Assembly (NCBI GenBank): GCA_964016885.1
Contig: OZ024753.1
Location: forward strand, 28,334,001 to 28,398,000
Direction: 5' to 3'
Length of the DNA: 64,000 nucleotides
Source of the DNA: Eledone cirrhosa
Lineage: Eukaryota
Positions 50,501 to 64,000 of this stretch are shown in pieces. The translations under genes and the position numbers were made by a program. The notes beneath the pieces were generated by a model, which worked only from the letters and a program-made list of their open reading frames with translations, did no database searches and was not told where the DNA came from. Position 1 is the first letter of the stretch. Each line of letters begins with the position of its first letter.

Positions 50501-53500
50501 GTTACAAAAGAGAGCTCTATATAATTATTACTGCCAGACAGTCACTCATGTATAGGCCTTGGTAGTTACAAAAGGGAGCTCTATATAATTATTACTGCCA
50601 GACAGTCACTCATGTATAGGCATTGGTAGTTACAAAAGAGAGCTCTATATAATTATTACTGCCAGACAGTCACTCATGTATGGGCCTTGGTAGTTACAAA
50701 AGAGAGCTCTATATAATTATTACTGCCAGACAGTCACTCATGTATAGGCATTGGTAGTTACAAAAGAGAGCTCTATATAATTATTACTGCCAGACAGTCA
50801 CTCATGTATGAGCCTTGGTAGTTACAAAAGAGAGCTCTATAAAATTATTACTGCCAGACAGTCACTCATGTATGGGCCTTGGAAGTTAAAAAAGAGAGCT
50901 CTATATAATTATTACTGCAAGACAGTCACTCATGTATGGGCCTTGGTAATTACAAAAGAGAGCTCTATATAATTATTACTGCCAGACAGTCACTCATGTA
51001 TGGGCCTTGGTAGTTACAAAAGACAGCTCTATATAATTATTACTGCCAGACAGTCACTCATGTATGGGCCTTGGTAGTTATAAAAGGGAGCTCTATATAA
51101 TTATTACTGCCAGACAGTCACTCATGTATAGGCGTTGGTAGTTACAAAAGAGAGCTCTATATAATTATTACTGCCACACAGTCACTCATGTATGGGCCTT
51201 GGTAGTTACAAAAGACAGCTCTATATAATTATTACTGCCAGACAGTCACTCATGTAGTGGCCTTGGTAGTTACAAAAGAGAGCTCTATATAATTATTACT
51301 GCCAGACAGTCACTCATGTATGGGCCTTGGTAGTTACAAAAGACAGCTCTATATAATTATTACTGCCAGACAGTCACTCATGTATGAGCCTTGGTAGTTA
51401 CAAAAGAGAGCTCTATATAATTATTACTGCCAGACATTCACTCATGTATAGGCCTTGGTAGTTACAAAAGGGAGCTCTATATAATTATTACTGCCAGACA
51501 GTCACTCATGTATAGGCCTTGGTAGTTACAAAAGAGAGCTCTATATAATTATTACTGCCAGACAGTGACTCATGTATGGGCCTTGGTAGTTACAAAAGAG
51601 AGCTCTATATAATTATTACTGCCAGACAGTCACTCATGTATGGGCCTTGGTAGTTACAAAAGACAGCTCTATATAATTATTACTGCCAGACAGTCACTCA
51701 TGTATGGGCCTTGGTAGTTACAAAAGAGAGCTCTATATAATTATTACTGCCAGACAGTCACTCATGTATGGGCCTTGGTAGTTACAAAAGAGAGCTCTAT
51801 ACAATTATTACTGCCAGACAGTCACTCATGTATAGGCATTGGTAGTTACAAAAGAGAGCTCTATATAATTATTACTGCCAGACAGTCACTCATGTATGGG
51901 CCTTGGTAGTTACAAAAGAGAGTTCTATTAAATTATTACTGCCAGACAGTCACTCATGTATGGGCCTTGGTAGTTAAAAAAGAGAGCTCTATATAATTAT
52001 TACTGCAAGACAGTCACTCATGTATGGGCCTTGGTAGTTACAAAAGAGAGCTCTATATAATTATTACTGCCAGACAGTCACTCATGTATGGGCCTTGGTA
52101 GTTACAAAAGACAGCTCTATATAATTATTACTGCCAGACAGTCACTCATGTATGGGTCTTGGTAGTTACAAAAGAGAGCTCTATATAATTATTACTGCCA
52201 GACAGTCACTCATGTATGGGCCTTGGTAGTCACAAAAGAGAGCTCTATATAATTATTACTGCCAGACAGTCACTCATGTATGGGCCTTGGTAGTTACAAA
52301 AGACAGCTCTATATAATTATTACAGCCAGAGAGTCATTCATGTATGGGCCTTGGTAGTTACAAAAGAGAGCTCTATATAATTATTACTGCCAGACAGTCA
52401 CTCATGTATGGGCCTTGGTAGTTACAAAAGACAGCTCTATATAATTATTACTGCCAGACAGTCACTCATGTATGGGCCTAGGTAGTTACAAAAGGGAGCT
52501 CTATATAATTATTACTGCCAGACAGTCACTCATGTATGGGCCTTGGTAGTTACAAAAGAGAGCTCTATATAATTATTACTGCCAGACAGTCACTCATGTA
52601 TGGGCCTTGGTAGTTACAAAAGTGAGCTCTATATAATTATTACTGCCAGACAGTCACTCATGTATGGGCCTTGGTAGTTACAAAAGACAGCTCTATATAA
52701 TTATTACTGCCAGACAGTCACTCATGTATGGGCCTTGGTAGTTACAAAAGAGAGCTCTATATAATTATTACTGCCAGACAGTCACTCATGTATAGGCCTT
52801 GGTAGTTACAAAAGGGAGCTCTATATAATTATTACTGCCAGACAGTCACTCATGTATAGGCCTTGGTAGTTACAAAAGAGAGCTCTATATAATTATTACT
52901 GCCAGACAGTCACTCATGTATGGGCCTTGGTAGTTACAAAAGAGAGCTCTATATAATTATTACTGCCAGACAGTCACTCATGTATGGGCCTTGGTAGTTA
53001 CAAAAGACAGCTCTATATAATTATTACTGCCAGACAGTCACTCATGTATGGGCCTTGGTAGTTACAAAAGAGAGCTCTATATAATTATTACTGCCAGACA
53101 GTCACTCATGTATGGGCCTTGGTAGTTACAAAAGACAGCTCTATATAATTATTACTGCCAGACAGTCACTCATGTATGGGCCTTGGTAGTTACAAAAGGG
53201 AGCTCTATATAATTATTACTGCCAGACAGTCACTCATGTATGGGTCTTGGTAGTTACAAAAGAGAGCTCTATATAATTATTACTGCCAGACAGTCACTCA
53301 TGTATGGGCCTTGGTAGTTACAAAAGAGAGCTCTATACAATTATTACTGCCAGACAGTCACTCATGTATAGGCATTGGTAGTTACAAAAGAGAGCTCTAT
53401 ATAATTATTACTGCCAGACAGTCACTTATGTATGGGCCTTGGTAGTTACAAAAGAGAGCTCTATTAAATTATTACTGCCAGACAGTCACTCATGTATGGG

Positions 53501-56500
53501 CCTTGGTAGTTAAAAAAGAGAGCTCTATATAATTATTACTGCAAGACAGTCACTCATGTATGGGCCTTGGTAGTTACAAAAGAGAGCTCTATATAATTAT
53601 TACTGCCAGACAGTCACTCATGTATGGGCCTTGGTAGTTACAAAAGACAGCTCTATATAATTATTACTGCCAGACAGTCACTCATGTATGGGTCTTGGTA
53701 GTTACAAAAGAGAGCTCTATATAATTATTACTGCCAGACAGTCACTCATGTATAGGCCTTGGTAGTTACAAAAGGGAGCTCTATATAATTATTACTGCCA
53801 GACAGTCACTCATGTATAGGCATTGGTAGTTACAAAAGAGAGCTCTATATAATTATTACTGCCAGACAGTCACTCATGTATGGGCCTTGGTAGTTACAAA
53901 AGAGAGCTCTATATAATTATTACTGCCAGACAGTCACTCATGTATAGGCATTGGTAGTTACAAAAGAGAGCTCTATATAATTATTACTGCCAGACAGTCA
54001 CTCATGTATGAGCCTTGGTAGTTACAAAAGAGAGCTCTATAAAATTATTACTGCCAGACAGTCACTCATGTATGGGCCTTGGAAGTTAAAAAAGAGAGCT
54101 CTATATAATTATTACTGCAAGACAGTCACTCATGTATGGGCCTTGGTAGTTACAAAAGAGAGCTCTATATAATTATTACTGCCAGACAGTCACTCATGTA
54201 TGGGCCTTGGTAGTTACAAAAGACAGCTCTATATAATTATTACTGCCAGACAGTCACTCATGTATGGGCCTTGGTAGTTATAAAAGGGAGCTCTATATAA
54301 TTATTACTGCCAGACAGTCACTCATGTATAGGCATTGGTAGTTACAAAAGACAGCTCTATATAATTATTACTGCCAGACAGTCACTCATGTAGTGGCCTT
54401 GGTAGTTACAAAAGAGAGCTCTATATAATTATTACTGCCAGACAGTCACTCATGTATGGGCCTTGGTAGTTACAAAAGACAGCTCTATATAATTATTACT
54501 GCCAGACAGTCACTCATGTATGAGCCTTGGTAGTTACAAAAGAGAGCTCTATATAATTATTACTGCCAGACATTCACTCATGTATAGGCCTTGGTAGTTA
54601 CAAAAGGGAGCTCTATATAATTATTACTGCCAGACAGTCACTCATGTATAGGCCTTGGTAGTTACAAAAGAGAGCTCTATATAATTATTACTGCCAGACA
54701 GTGACTCATGTATGGGCCTTGGTAGTTACAAAAGAGAGCTCTATATAATTATTACTGCCAGACAGTCACTCATGTATGGGCCTTGGTAGTTACAAAAGAC
54801 AGCTCTATATAATTATTACTGCCAGACAGTCACTCATGTATGGGCCTTGGTAGTTACAAAAGAGAGCTCTATATAATTATTACTGCCAGACAGTCACTCA
54901 TGTATGGGCCTTGGTAGTTACAAAAGAGAGCTCTATACAATTATTACTGCCAGATAGTCACTCATGTATAGGCATTGGTAGTTACAAAAGAGAGCTCTAT
55001 ATAATTATTACTGCCAGACAGTCACTCATGTATGGGCCTTGGTAGTTACAAAAGAGAGTTCTATTAAATTATTACTGCCAGACAGTTACTCATGTATGGG
55101 CCTTGGTAGTTAAAAAAGAGAGCTCTATATAATTATTACTGCAAGACAGTCACTCATGTATGGGCCTTGGTAGTTACAAAAGAGAGCTCTATATAATTAT
55201 TACTGCCAGACAGTCACTCATGTATGGGCCTTGGTAGTTACAAAAGACAGCTCTATATAATTATTACTGCCAGACAGTCACTCATGTATGGGTCTTGGTA
55301 GTTACAAAAGAGAGCTCTATATAATTATTACTGCCAGACAGTCACTCATGTGTAGGCCTTGGTAGTTACAAAAGACAGCTCTATATAATTATTACTGCAA
55401 GACAATCACTCATGTATAGGCATTGGTAGTTACAAAAGAGAGTTCTATATAATTATTACTGCCAGACAGTCACTCATGTATGGGCCTTGGTAGTTACAAA
55501 AGAGAGCTCTATATAATTATTACTGCCAGACAGTCACTCATGTATAGGCATTGGTAGTTACAAAAGAGAGCTCTATATAATTATTACTGCCAGACAGTCA
55601 CTCATGTATGAGCCTTGGTAGTTACAAAAGAGAGCTCTATAAAATTATTACTGCCAGACAGTCACTCATGTATGGGCCTTGGTAGTTAAAAAAGAGAGCT
55701 CTATATAATTATTACTGCAAGACAGTCACTCATGTATGGGCCTTTTGTAGTTACAAAAGAGAGCTCTATATAATTATTACTGCCAGACAGTCACTCATGT
55801 ATGGGCCTTGGTAGTTACAAAAGACAGCTCTATATAATTATTACTGCCAGACAGTCACTCATGTATGGGCCTTGGTAGTTACAAAAGAGAGCTCTATATA
55901 ATTATTACTGCCAGACAGTCACTCATGTATAGGCCTTGGTAGTTACAAAAGGGAGCTCTATATAATTATTACTGCCAGACAGTCACTCATGTATAGGCCT
56001 TGGTAGTTACAAAAGAGAGCTCTATATAATTATTACTGCCACACAGTCACTCATGTATGGGCCTTGGTAGTTACAAAAGACAGCTCTATATAATTATTAC
56101 TGCCAGACAGTCACTCATGTAGTGGCCTTGGTAGTTACAAAAGAGAGCTCTATATAATTATTACTGCCAGACAGTCACTCATGTATGGGCCTTGGTAGTT
56201 ACAAAAGAGAGCTCTATATAATTATTACTGCCAGACAGTCACTCATGTATGGGCCTTGGTAGTTACAAAAGACAGCTCTATATAATTATTACTGCCAGAC
56301 AGTCACTCATGTATGGGCCTTGGTAGTTACAAAAGAGAGCTCTATATAATTATTACTGCCAGACAGTCACTCATGTATGGGCCTTGGTAGTTACAAAAGA
56401 CAGCTCTATATAATTATTACTGCCAGACAGTCACTCATGTATGGGCCTTGGTAGTTACAAAAGAGAGCTCTATATAATTATTACTGCCAGACAGTCACTC

Positions 56501-59500
56501 ATGTATGGGCCTTGGTAGTTACAAAAGAGAGCTCTATATAATTATTACTGCCAGACAGTCACTCATGTATGGGCCTTGGTAGTTACAAAAGACAGCTCTA
56601 TATAATTATTACTGCCAGACAGTCACTCATGTATGGGCCTTGGTAGTTACAAAAGAGAGCTCTATATAATTATTACTGCCAGACAGTCACTCATGTATGG
56701 GCCTTGGTAGTTACAAAAGACAGCTCTATATAATTATTACTGCCAGACAGTCACTCATGTATAGGCCTTGGTAGTTACAAAAGGGAGCTCTATATAATTA
56801 TTACTGCCAGACAGTCACTCATGTATAGGCCTTGGTAGTTACAAAAGAGAGCTCTATATAATTATTACTGCCAGGCAGTCACTCATGTATGGGCCTTGGT
56901 AGTTACAAAAGAGAGCTCTATATAATTATTACTGCCAGACAGTCACTCATGTATGGGCCTTGGTAGTTACAAAAGAGAGCTCTATATAATTATTACTGCC
57001 AGACAGTCACTCATGTATGGGCCTTGGTAGTTACAAAAGAGAGCTCTATATAATTATTACTGCCAGACAGTCACTCATGTATGGGCCTTGGTAGTTACAA
57101 AAGACAGCTCTATATAATTATTACTGCAAGACAGTCACTCATGAAAGGGCCTTGGTAGTTACAAAAGAGAGCTCTATATAATTATTACTGCCAGACAGTC
57201 ACTCATGTATGGGCCTTGGTAGTTACAAAAGACAGCTCTATATAATTATTACTGCCAGACGGTCACTCATGTATGGGCCTTGGTAGTTACAAAAGAGAGC
57301 TCTATATAATTATTACTGCCAGACAGTCACTCATGTATAGGCCTTGGTAGTTATAAAAGGGAGCTCTATATAATTATTACTGCCAGACAGTCACTCATGC
57401 ATGGGCCTTGGTAGTTACAAAAGACAGCTCTATATAATTATTACTGCCAGACAGTCACTCATGTATGGGCCTTGGTAGTTACAAAAGAGAGCTCTATATA
57501 ATTATTACTGCCAGACAGTCACTCATGTATAGGCCTTGGTAGTTACAAAAGGGAGCTCTATATAATTATTACTGCCAGACAGTCACTCATGTATAGGCCT
57601 TGGTAGTTACAAAAGAGAGCTCTGTATAATTATTACTGCCAGACAGTCACTCATGTATGGGCCTTGGTAGTTACAAAAGAGAGCTCTATATAATTATTAC
57701 TGCCAGACAGTCACTCATGTATGGGCCTTGGTAGTTACAAAAGACAGCTCTATATAATTATTACTGCCAGACAGTCACTCATGTATAGGCCTTGGTAGTT
57801 ACAAAAGAGAGCTCTATATAATTATTACTGCCACACAGTCACTCATGTATGGGCCTTGGTAGTTACAAAAGACAGCTCTATATAATTATTACTGCCAGAC
57901 AGTCACTCATGTATGGGCCTTGGTAGTTACAAAAGACAGCTCTATATAATTATTACTGCCAGACAGTCACTCATGTATAGGCCTTGGTAGTTACAAAAGA
58001 GAGCTCTATATAATTATTACTGCCACACAGTCACTCATGTATGGGCCTTGGTAGTTACAAAAGACAGCACTATATAATTATTACTGCCAGACAGTCACTC
58101 ATGTAGTGGCCTTGGTAGTTACAAAAGAGAGCTCTATATAATTATTACTGCCAGACAGTCACTCATGTATGGGCCTTGGTAGTTACAAAAGAGAGCTCTA
58201 TATAATTATTACTGCCAGACAGTCACTCATGTATGGGCCTTGGTAGTTACAAAAGACAGCTCTATATAATTATTACTGCCAGACAGTCACTCATGTATGG
58301 GCCTTGGTAGTTACAAAAGAGAGCTCTATATAATTATTACTGCCAGACAGTCACTCATGTATGGGCCTTGGTAGTTACAAAAGACAGCTCTATATAATTA
58401 TTACTGCCAGACAGTCACTCATGTATGGGCCTTGGTAGTTACAAAAGAGAGCTCTATATAATTATTACTGCCAGACAGTCACTCATGTATGGGCCTTGGT
58501 AGTTACAAAAGAGAGCTCTATATAATTATTACTGCCAGACAGTCACTCATGTATGGGCCTTGGTAGTTACAAAAGACAGCTCTATATAATTATTACTGCC
58601 AGACAGTCACTCATGTATGGGCCTTGGTAGTTACAAAAGAGAGCTCTATATAATTATTACTGCCAGACAGTCACTCATGTATGGGCCTTGGTAGTTACAA
58701 AAGACAGCTCTATATAATTATTACTGCCAGACAGTCACTCATGTATAGGCCTTGGTAGTTACAAAAGGGAGCTCTATATAATTATTACTGCCAGACAGTC
58801 ACTCATGTATAGGCCTTGGTAGTTACAAAAGAGAGCTCTATATAATTATTACTGCCAGACAGTCACTCATGTATGGGCCTTGGTAGTTACAAAAGACAGC
58901 TCTATATAATTATTACTGCCAGACAGTCACTCATGTATGGGCCTTGGTAGTTACAAAAGAGAGCTCTATATAATTATTACTGCCAGACAGTCACTCATGT
59001 ATGGGCCTTGGTAGTTACAAAAGAGAGCTCTATATAATTATTACTGCCAGACAGTCACTCATGTATGGGCCTTGGTAGTTACAAAAGACAGCTCTATATA
59101 ATTATTACTGCCAGACAGTCACTCATGTATGGGCCTTGGTAGTTACAAAAGAGAGCTCTATATAATTATTACTGCCAGACAGTCACTCATGTATGGGCCT
59201 TGGTAGTTACAAAAGACAGCTCTATATAATTATTACTGCCAGACAGTCACTCATGTATAGGCCTTGGTAGTTACAAAAGGGAGCTCTATATAATTATTAC
59301 TGCCAGACAGTCACTCATGTATAGGCCTTGGTAGTTACAAAAGAGAGCTCTATATAATTATTACTGCCAGACAGTCACTCATGTATGGGCCTTGGTAGTT
59401 ACAAAAGAGAGCTCTATATAATTATTACTGCCAGACAGTCACTCATGTATGGGCCTTGGTAGTTACAAAAGAGAGCTCTATATAATTATTACTGCCAGAC

Positions 59501-62500
59501 AGTCACTCATGTATGGGCCTTGGTAGTTACAAAAGAGAGCTCTATATAATTATTACTGCCAGACAGTCACTCATGTATGGGCCTTGGTAGTTACAAAAGA
59601 CAGCTCTATATAATTATTACTGCAAGACAGTCACTCATGAATGGGCCTTGGTAGTTACAAAAGAGAGCTCTATATAATTATTACTGCCAGACAGTCACTC
59701 ATGTATGGGCCTTGGTAGTTACAAAAGACAGCTCTATATAATTATTACTGCCAGACAGTCACTCATGTATGGGCCTTGGTAGTTACAAAAGAGAGCTCTA
59801 TATAATTATTACTGCCAGACAGTCACTCATGTATAGGCCTTGGTAGTTATAAAAGGGAGCTCTATATAATTATTACTGCCAGACAGTCACTCATGCATGG
59901 GCCTTGGTAGTTACAAAAGACAGCTCTATATAATTATTACTGCCAGACAGTCACTCATGTATGGGCCTTGGTAGTTACAAAAGACAGCTCTATATAATTA
60001 TTACTGCCAGACAGTCACTCATGTATGGGCCTTGGTAGTAACAAAAGAGAGCTCTATATAATTATTACTGCCAGACAGTCACTCATGTATGGGCCTTGGT
60101 AGTTACAAAAGACAGCTCTATATAATTATTACTGCCAGACAGTCACTCATGTATGGGCCTTGGTAGTTACAAAAGGGAGCTCTATATAATTATTACTGCC
60201 AGACAGTCACTCATGTATGGGCCTTGGTAGTTACAAAAGAGAGCTCTATATAATTATTACTGCCAGACAGTCACTCATGTATGGGCCTTGGTAGTTACAA
60301 AAGAGAGCTCTATACAATTATTACTGCCAGACAGTCACTCATGTATAGGCATTGGTAGTTACAAAAGAGAGCTCTATATAATTATTACTGCCAGACAGTC
60401 ACTCATGTATGGGCCTTGGTAGTTACAAAAGAGAGCTCTATTAAATTATTACTGCCAGACAGTCACTCATGTATGGGCCTTGGTAGTTAAAAAAGAGAGC
60501 TCTATATAATTATTACTGCAAGACAGTCACTCATGTATGGGCCTTGGTAGTTACAAAAGAGAGCTCTATATAATTATTACTGCCAGACAGTCACTCATGT
60601 ATGGGCCTTGGTAGTTACAAAAGACAGCTCTATATAATTATTACTGCCAGACAGTCACTCATGTATGGGTCTTGGTAGTTACAAAAGAGAGCTCTATATA
60701 ATTATTACTGCCAGACAGTCACTCATGTATAGGCCTTGGTAGTTACAAAAGGGAGCTCTATATAATTATTACTGCCAGACAGTCACTCATGTATAGGCAT
60801 TGGTAGTTACAAAAGAGAGCTCTATATAATTATTACTGCCAGACAGTCACTCATGTATGGGCCTTGGTAGTTACAAAAGAGAGCTCTATATAATTATTAC
60901 TGCCAGACAGTCACTCATGTATAGGCATTGGTAGTTACAAAAGAGAGCTCTATATAATTATTACTGCCAGACAGTCACTCATGTATGAGCCTTGGTAGTT
61001 ACAAAAGAGAGCTCTATAAAATTATTACTGCCAGACAGTCACTCATGTATGGGCATTGGTAGTTAAAAAAGAGAGCTCTATATAATTATTACTGCAAGAC
61101 AGTCACTCATGTATGGGCCTTGGTAGTTACAAAAGAGAGCTCTATATAATTATTACTGCCAGACAGTCACTCATGTATGGGCCTTGGTAGTTACAAAAGA
61201 GAGCTCTATATAATTATTACTGCCAGACAGTCACTCATGTATGGGTCTTGGTAGTTACAAAAGAGAGCTCTATATAATTATTACTGCCAGACAGTCACTC
61301 ATGTGTAGGCCTTGGTAGTTACAAAAGACAGCTCTATATAATTATTACTGCAAGACAATCACTCATGTATAGGCATTGGTAGTTACAAAAGAGAGTTCTA
61401 TATAATTATTACTGCCAGACAGTCACTCATGTATGGGCCTTGGTAGTTACAAAAGAGAGCTCTATATAATTATTACTGCCAGACAGTCACTCATGTATAG
61501 GCATTGGTAGTTACAAAAGAGAGCTCTATATAATTATTACTGCCAGACAGTCACTCATGTATGAGCCTTGGTAGTTACAAAAGAGAGCTCTATAAAATTA
61601 TTACTGCCAGACAGTCACTCATGTATGGGCCTTGGTAGTTAAAAAAGAGAGCTCTATATAATTATTACTGCAAGACAGTCACTCATGTATGGGCCTTTTG
61701 TAGTTACAAAAGAGAGCTCTATATAATTATTACTGCCAGACAGTCACTCATGTATGGGCCTTGGTAGTTACAAAAGACAGCTCTATATAATTATTACTGC
61801 CAGACAGTCACTCATGTATGGGCCTTGGTAGTTACAAAAGAGAGCTCTATATAATTATTACTGCCAGACAGTCACTCATGTATAGGCCTTGGTAGTTACA
61901 AAAGGGAGCTCTATATAATTATTACTGCCAGACAGTCACTCATGTATAGGCCTTGGTAGTTACAAAAGAGAGCTCTATATAATTATTACTGCCACACAGT
62001 CACTCATGTATGGGCCTTGGTAGTTACAAAAGACAGCTCTATATAATTATTACTGCCAGACAGTCACTCATGTAGTGGCCTTGGTAGTTACAAAAGAGAG
62101 CTCTATATAATTATTACTGCCAGACAGTCACTCATGTATGGGCCTTGGTAGTTACAAAAGAGAGCTCTATATAATTATTACTGCCAGACAGTCACTCATG
62201 TATGGGCCTTGGTAGTTACAAAAGACAGCTCTATATAATTATTACTGCCAGACAGTCACTCATGTATGGGCCTTGGTAGTTACAAAAGAGAGCTCTATAT
62301 AATTATTACTGCCAGACAGTCACTCATGTATGGGCCTTGGTAGTTACAAAAGAGAGCTCTATATAATTATTACTGCCAGACAGTCACTCATGTATGGGCC
62401 TTGGTAGTTACAAAAGAGAGCTCTATATAATTATTACTGCCAGACAGTCACTCATGTATGGGCCTTGGTAGTTACAAAAGAGAGCTCTATATAATTATTA

Positions 62501-64000
62501 CTGCCAGACAGTCACTCATGTATGGGCCTTGGTAGTTACAAAAGACAGCTCTATATAATTATTACTGCCAGACAGTCACTCATGTATGGGCCTTGGTAGT
62601 TACAAAAGAGAGCTCTATATAATTATTACTGCCAGACAGTCACTCATGTATGGGCCTTGGTAGTTACAAAAGACAGCTCTATATAATTATTACTGCCAGA
62701 CAGTCACTCATGTATAGGCCTTGGTAGTTACAAAAGGGAGCTCTATATAATTATTACTGCCAGACAGTCACTCATGTATAGGCCTTGGTAGTTACAAAAG
62801 AGAGCTCTATATAATTATTACTGCCAGGCAGTCACTCATGTATGGGCCTTGGTAGTTACAAAAGAGAGCTCTATATAATTATTACTGCCAGACAGTCACT
62901 CATGTATGGGCCTTGGTAGTTACAAAAGAGAGCTCTATATAATTATTACTGCCAGACAGTCACTCATGTATGGGCCTTGGTAGTTACAAAAGAGAGCTCT
63001 ATATAATTATTACTGCCAGACAGTCACTCATGTATGGGCCTTGGTAGTTACAAAAGACAGCTCTATATAATTATTACTGCAAGACAGTCACTCATGAAAG
63101 GGCCTTGGTAGTTACAAAAGAGAGCTCTATATAATTATTACTGCCAGACAGTCACTCATGTATGGGCCTTGGTAGTTACAAAAGACAGCTCTATATAATT
63201 ATTACTGCCAGACAGTCACTCATGTATGGGCCTTGGTAGTTACAAAAGAGAGCTCTATATAATTATTACTGCCAGACAGTCACTCATGTATAGGCCTTGG
63301 TAGTTATAAAAGGGAGCTCTATATAATTATTACTGCCAGACAGTCACTCATGCATGGGCCTTGGTAGTTACAAAAGACAGCTCTATATAATTATTACTGC
63401 CAGACAGTCACTCATGTATGGGCCTTGGTAGTTACAAAAGAGAGCTCTATATAATTATTACTGCCAGACAGTCACTCATGTATAGGCCTTGGTAGTTACA
63501 AAAGGGAGCTCTATATAATTATTACTGCCAGACAGTCACTCATGTATGGGCCTTGGTAGTTACAAAAGACAGCTCTATATAATTATTACTGCCAGACAGT
63601 CACTCATGTATGGGCCTTGGTAGTTACAAAAGAGAGCTCTATATAATTATTACTGCCAGACAGTCACTCATGTGTAGGCCTTGGTAGTTACAAAAGACAG
63701 CTCTATATAATTATTACTGCAAGACAATCACTCATGTATAGGCATTGGTAGTTACAAAAGAGAGTTCTATATAATTATTACTGCCAGACAGTCACTCATG
63801 TATGGGCCTTGGTAGTTACAAAAGAGAGCTCTATATAATTATTACTGCCAGACAGTCACTCATGTATAGGCATTGGTAGTTACAAAAGAGAGCTCTATAT
63901 AATTATTACTGCCAGACAGTCACTCATGTATGAGCCTTGGTAGTTACAAAAGAGAGCTCTATAAAATTATTACTGCCAGACAGTCACTCATGTATGGGCC
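47587..64000. repeat. 64-bp satellite array, >16 kb (~256 units), continuing past the window end
   Basis: Unit CTGCCAGACAGTCACTCATGTATGGGCCTTGGTAGTTACAAAAGAGAGCTCTATATAATTATTA (starts at 47651, 47715, ...); no long ORF in any frame. Confidence 0.98.

Noticed and set aside
47587-64000. CRISPR array, or ribozyme/miRNA/SL-RNA array
   Set aside because: Units are contiguous with no unique spacers, there are no cas genes, and the context is eukaryotic. The unit has no CUGANGA core and no convincing pre-miRNA hairpin or SL-RNA layout.

Overview
Repeat-saturated, AT- and microsatellite-rich animal genomic DNA. The SINE/RTE repertoire suggests a cephalopod (octopus-like) genome, which is an inference. 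No host protein-coding gene can be supported. Positions 1-47.5 kb hold decayed retroelements: one near-full-length and two 5'-truncated RTE LINEs, CR1/L2, RLE-type and Ingi/Vingi-like 3' ends, and two tRNA-derived SINE families. They also hold DNA-transposon fossils (pogo, mariner, hAT, piggyBac/hAT/Tc1 MITEs) and minisatellites. Positions 47.6-64 kb are a 64-bp satellite with nested higher-order duplications. The most interesting signal is a non-coding ~422-bp tandemly repeated element found at two loci (8.2-9.0 kb and 43.0-44.0 kb). It carries a type I hammerhead ribozyme, ends at the same fixed 3' point against (TA)n, and has a 5' inversion at both loci. This is the architecture of a retrozyme-like, probably circular-RNA retroelement mobilised by Penelope-like elements (PLEs). 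Around ten further hammerhead-like motifs and a Penelope ORF remnant occur in the window, mostly beside (TA)n tracts. All RNA folds were paired by eye and are untested.
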